Origin: Pseudomonas aeruginosa
Lineage (GTDB): Bacteria; Pseudomonadota; Gammaproteobacteria; Pseudomonadales; Pseudomonadaceae
DNA length: 32,000 nucleotides
Assembly (NCBI RefSeq): GCF_001457615.1
Contig: NZ_LN831024.1
Coordinates: 5,640,001 to 5,672,000, forward strand
Direction of reading: 5' to 3'
This document shows positions 30,553 through 32,000 of the stretch, piece by piece. A program made the position numbers and the translations under genes. The stretch's first letter is position 1. Each line of letters starts with the position of its first letter. The notes under the pieces are model-generated. The model was not told the DNA's origin, did no database searches, and saw only the letters and a program-made list of their open reading frames with translations.

Positions 30553-31682
30553 GCAGACTCCGAAGCGAAGCCGGCAATCGTCGGCAGGCGCCAGAATTCG
30601 CGGCGCACCGCAGCGTCGGAGAAGCGTGTCTCCAGGCGCTCGAGCATGAGCCGAGCACAGGCCTCGCGCTGGCGGCGGTCAAGCGCCGCCAGGTGGGTCA
30701 GGCCCTCGGCCAGGGCCGTCTCGTCGCCCAGCGGGAAGAGGATGCCGACCCCTTCCACCACTTCGCGGGCGCCGCCACAGGCGGTGGCGATCAGCGGTAC
30801 ACCGGCGACCATGGCCTCCAGCAGGACCATGCCGAACGGCTCGTGGTCGGAACTCAGGGCGAAGGCGTCGAACGCCTTGAAGTAGCGCCGTGCCTCTTCG
30901 ACCTGGCCGAGGAACAGCACGCGCTCGCCGATACCCAGTTCGCAGGCCAGGTCCTTGAGCTGCTCTTCCAGGCGGCCGCTGCCGAGGATCGCCAGCAGGC
31001 TGTTCTGCGGCAGGCGCGGCAGCGCGGCGGCAAAGCCGCGCAGCAGGGTAGCCTGGTCCTTGTCCGGATGCAGGCGGCCGACGTTGCCGACCACCCAGGC
31101 CTCGTCGGGCAGGCGCAGTTGCCGGCGCGCACTCAGGCGCTCGACCTGCTCGGCCTGCAGCGCAGCGACGTCGATGCGGTTGTAGAGCGTCTCGATCCGC
31201 TCCGCCGGCCACTTCGGCAGGCAACGGCGGATATCGTCGCGCACCGCGTCGGACACCGCCAGCAGGCTCAGGCGCTTGCTCATCAGGCCGGCGAAGACCT
31301 TGCGCGACAACCGCTGGTAATCGCCGAAGGCGTGGTGCACGCCAATGATCGGCAGACGAGTGGCCAGGCTGGCGATCCAGATCGGCTTGAAGCGGTGCGC
31401 GATGCAGAAGCGGAAGTCGCGCGAACGGGCGATCTCGCGCAAGTCGCGGATCGCCTTCAGCTTGAGGCCACGGATGTCCCTGGAGCCGTACTCGAGGAAC
31501 AGTACCTCGTCGGAGGCGCAACGCGCCGCCACCTCAGGATCGGAACGCCCGGTGAGGAACACCGTGGTGACCTTGTACGGGGTTCCGGCGAACAGGCTGG
31601 CGTACTGACGGGCACAGTCGAGGAAAGGCCCGTCGTAGCCGTGACAGAACTGCAGGACGCGAGGTTCAGCCGACCGAGTCAT
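30546..31682 (-). CDS. wapH: GT4-family (GT-B) glycosyltransferase of the LPS core
   Basis: 378 aa with the E-x7-E motif HEPFGMVLLEAMVAGVPLIATACGGAREVV. It overlaps the downstream gene by 7 nt. The symbol comes from synteny (PA5004). Confidence 0.8.
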   Translation of the reverse strand: MTRSAEPRVLQFCHGYDGPFLDCARQYASLFAGTPYKVTTVFLTGRSDPEVAARCASDEVLFLEYGSRDIRGLKLKAIRDLREIARSRDFRFCIAHRFKPIWIASLATRLPIIGVHHAFGDYQRLSRKVFAGLMSKRLSLLAVSDAVRDDIRRCLPKWPAERIETLYNRIDVAALQAEQVERLSARRQLRLPDEAWVVGNVGRLHPDKDQATLLRGFAAALPRLPQNSLLAILGSGRLEEQLKDLACELGIGERVLFLGQVEEARRYFKAFDAFALSSDHEPFGMVLLEAMVAGVPLIATACGGAREVVEGVGILFPLGDETALAEGLTHLAALDRRQREACARLMLERLETRFSDAAVRREFWRLPTIAGFASESAC

Positions 31683-32000
31683 ACCAGTCCACGCCCTCCT
31701 TCACGACCAGGATGTCCTCCATGATCAGGTACTGCAGATCGGAGCCGAAGAACATGTTCAGGGCGTCGGTCGGCGAGCAGATCATCGGTTCTCCACGACG
31801 ATTGAGCGAAGTGTTCAGGGCCACGCCGTTGCCGGTGAGGTTCTCCAGTTCCTTCATCAGGTCGTAGTAGCGCGGGTTGTACTCGCGCTTCAGCACCTGG
31901 GCGCGGGAGGTGCCGTCCTCGTGCACCACTTCCGGCACTCGCTCCTTCCACTCTTCGTTGACTTCGAAGGTGAAGGTCATGAACGGGGCCGGGTGGTCGA
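31666..32000 (-). CDS. NodU/CmcH-family carbamoyltransferase, C-terminal 111 codons (5' end beyond the right edge)
   Basis: The frame stays open upstream of the track Met (my translation: ...DHPAPFMTFTFEVNEEW...). The C-terminal signature NTSLNRRGEPMICSPTDALNMFF is present. It overlaps the wapH start by 17 nt. The position matches PA5005. Confidence 0.85.
   Translation of the reverse strand, partial: DHPAPFMTFTFEVNEEWKERVPEVVHEDGTSRAQVLKREYNPRYYDLMKELENLTGNGVALNTSLNRRGEPMICSPTDALNMFFGSDLQYLIMEDILVVKEGVDWYDSVG

Noticed and set aside
1-32000. CRISPR arrays, tRNA/rRNA genes, IS elements, prophage or known defence-system genes
   Set aside because: No regularly spaced repeats, cloverleaf-like or rRNA-like segments, transposase or integrase ORFs, or nuclease/ATPase defence-type ORFs were seen on either strand. 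All sizeable ORFs are accounted for by metabolic, regulatory or envelope-biogenesis families.

Overview
High-GC Pseudomonas aeruginosa-type chromosomal segment. From memory of PAO1 it is colinear with PA4981-PA5005. I ran no searches: all calls rest on motifs read in the ORF translations, my own translation of the window edges, and recalled synteny. Left third (1-10.1 kb): a truncated APC amino-acid permease; a tightly coupled response regulator / periplasmic binding protein / hybrid histidine kinase operon (aruR-aruS region); a TetR regulator; an orphan PotD-like binding protein; a divergent FadH/TMADH-type Fe-S flavoprotein; and an XRE-cupin regulator. Middle (10.1-18.4 kb): waaA, a LysR regulator divergent from the SMR pump emrE, an FAD oxidoreductase, an aldo-keto reductase, a conserved hypothetical and two adjacent acyl-CoA dehydrogenase genes. 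Right third (20.9-32 kb): the lipid A/LPS-core locus (hldE, msbA, an LPS-kinase-like gene, waaL, wapR, ssg, dnpA, a Mig-14-like gene, wapH and the 3' end of a carbamoyltransferase gene). The only clearly accessory DNA is about 2.3 kb of low-GC sequence (about 18.6-20.9 kb). It carries a single long AsnB/WbpS-type glutamine amidotransferase gene between the acyl-CoA dehydrogenase operon and hldE, a junction that as I recall is uninterrupted in PAO1. I saw no tRNA, rRNA, CRISPR array, IS element, integrase or recognisable defence system. Other points worth a second look: an acyl-CoA dehydrogenase pair in which only one member keeps the catalytic Glu; an LPS-kinase-like protein lacking the HxD catalytic motif; a deacetylase/Mig-14-like pair inside the core operon; a promoter-leader module present twice; a perfect LTTR box; A-rich Hfq/Crc-type motifs on both divergent leaders at 7.3-7.4 kb; and TGTAA direct repeats upstream of the permease. 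Many long ORFs in the supplied track are antisense or out-of-frame artefacts of the high GC content and are rejected.
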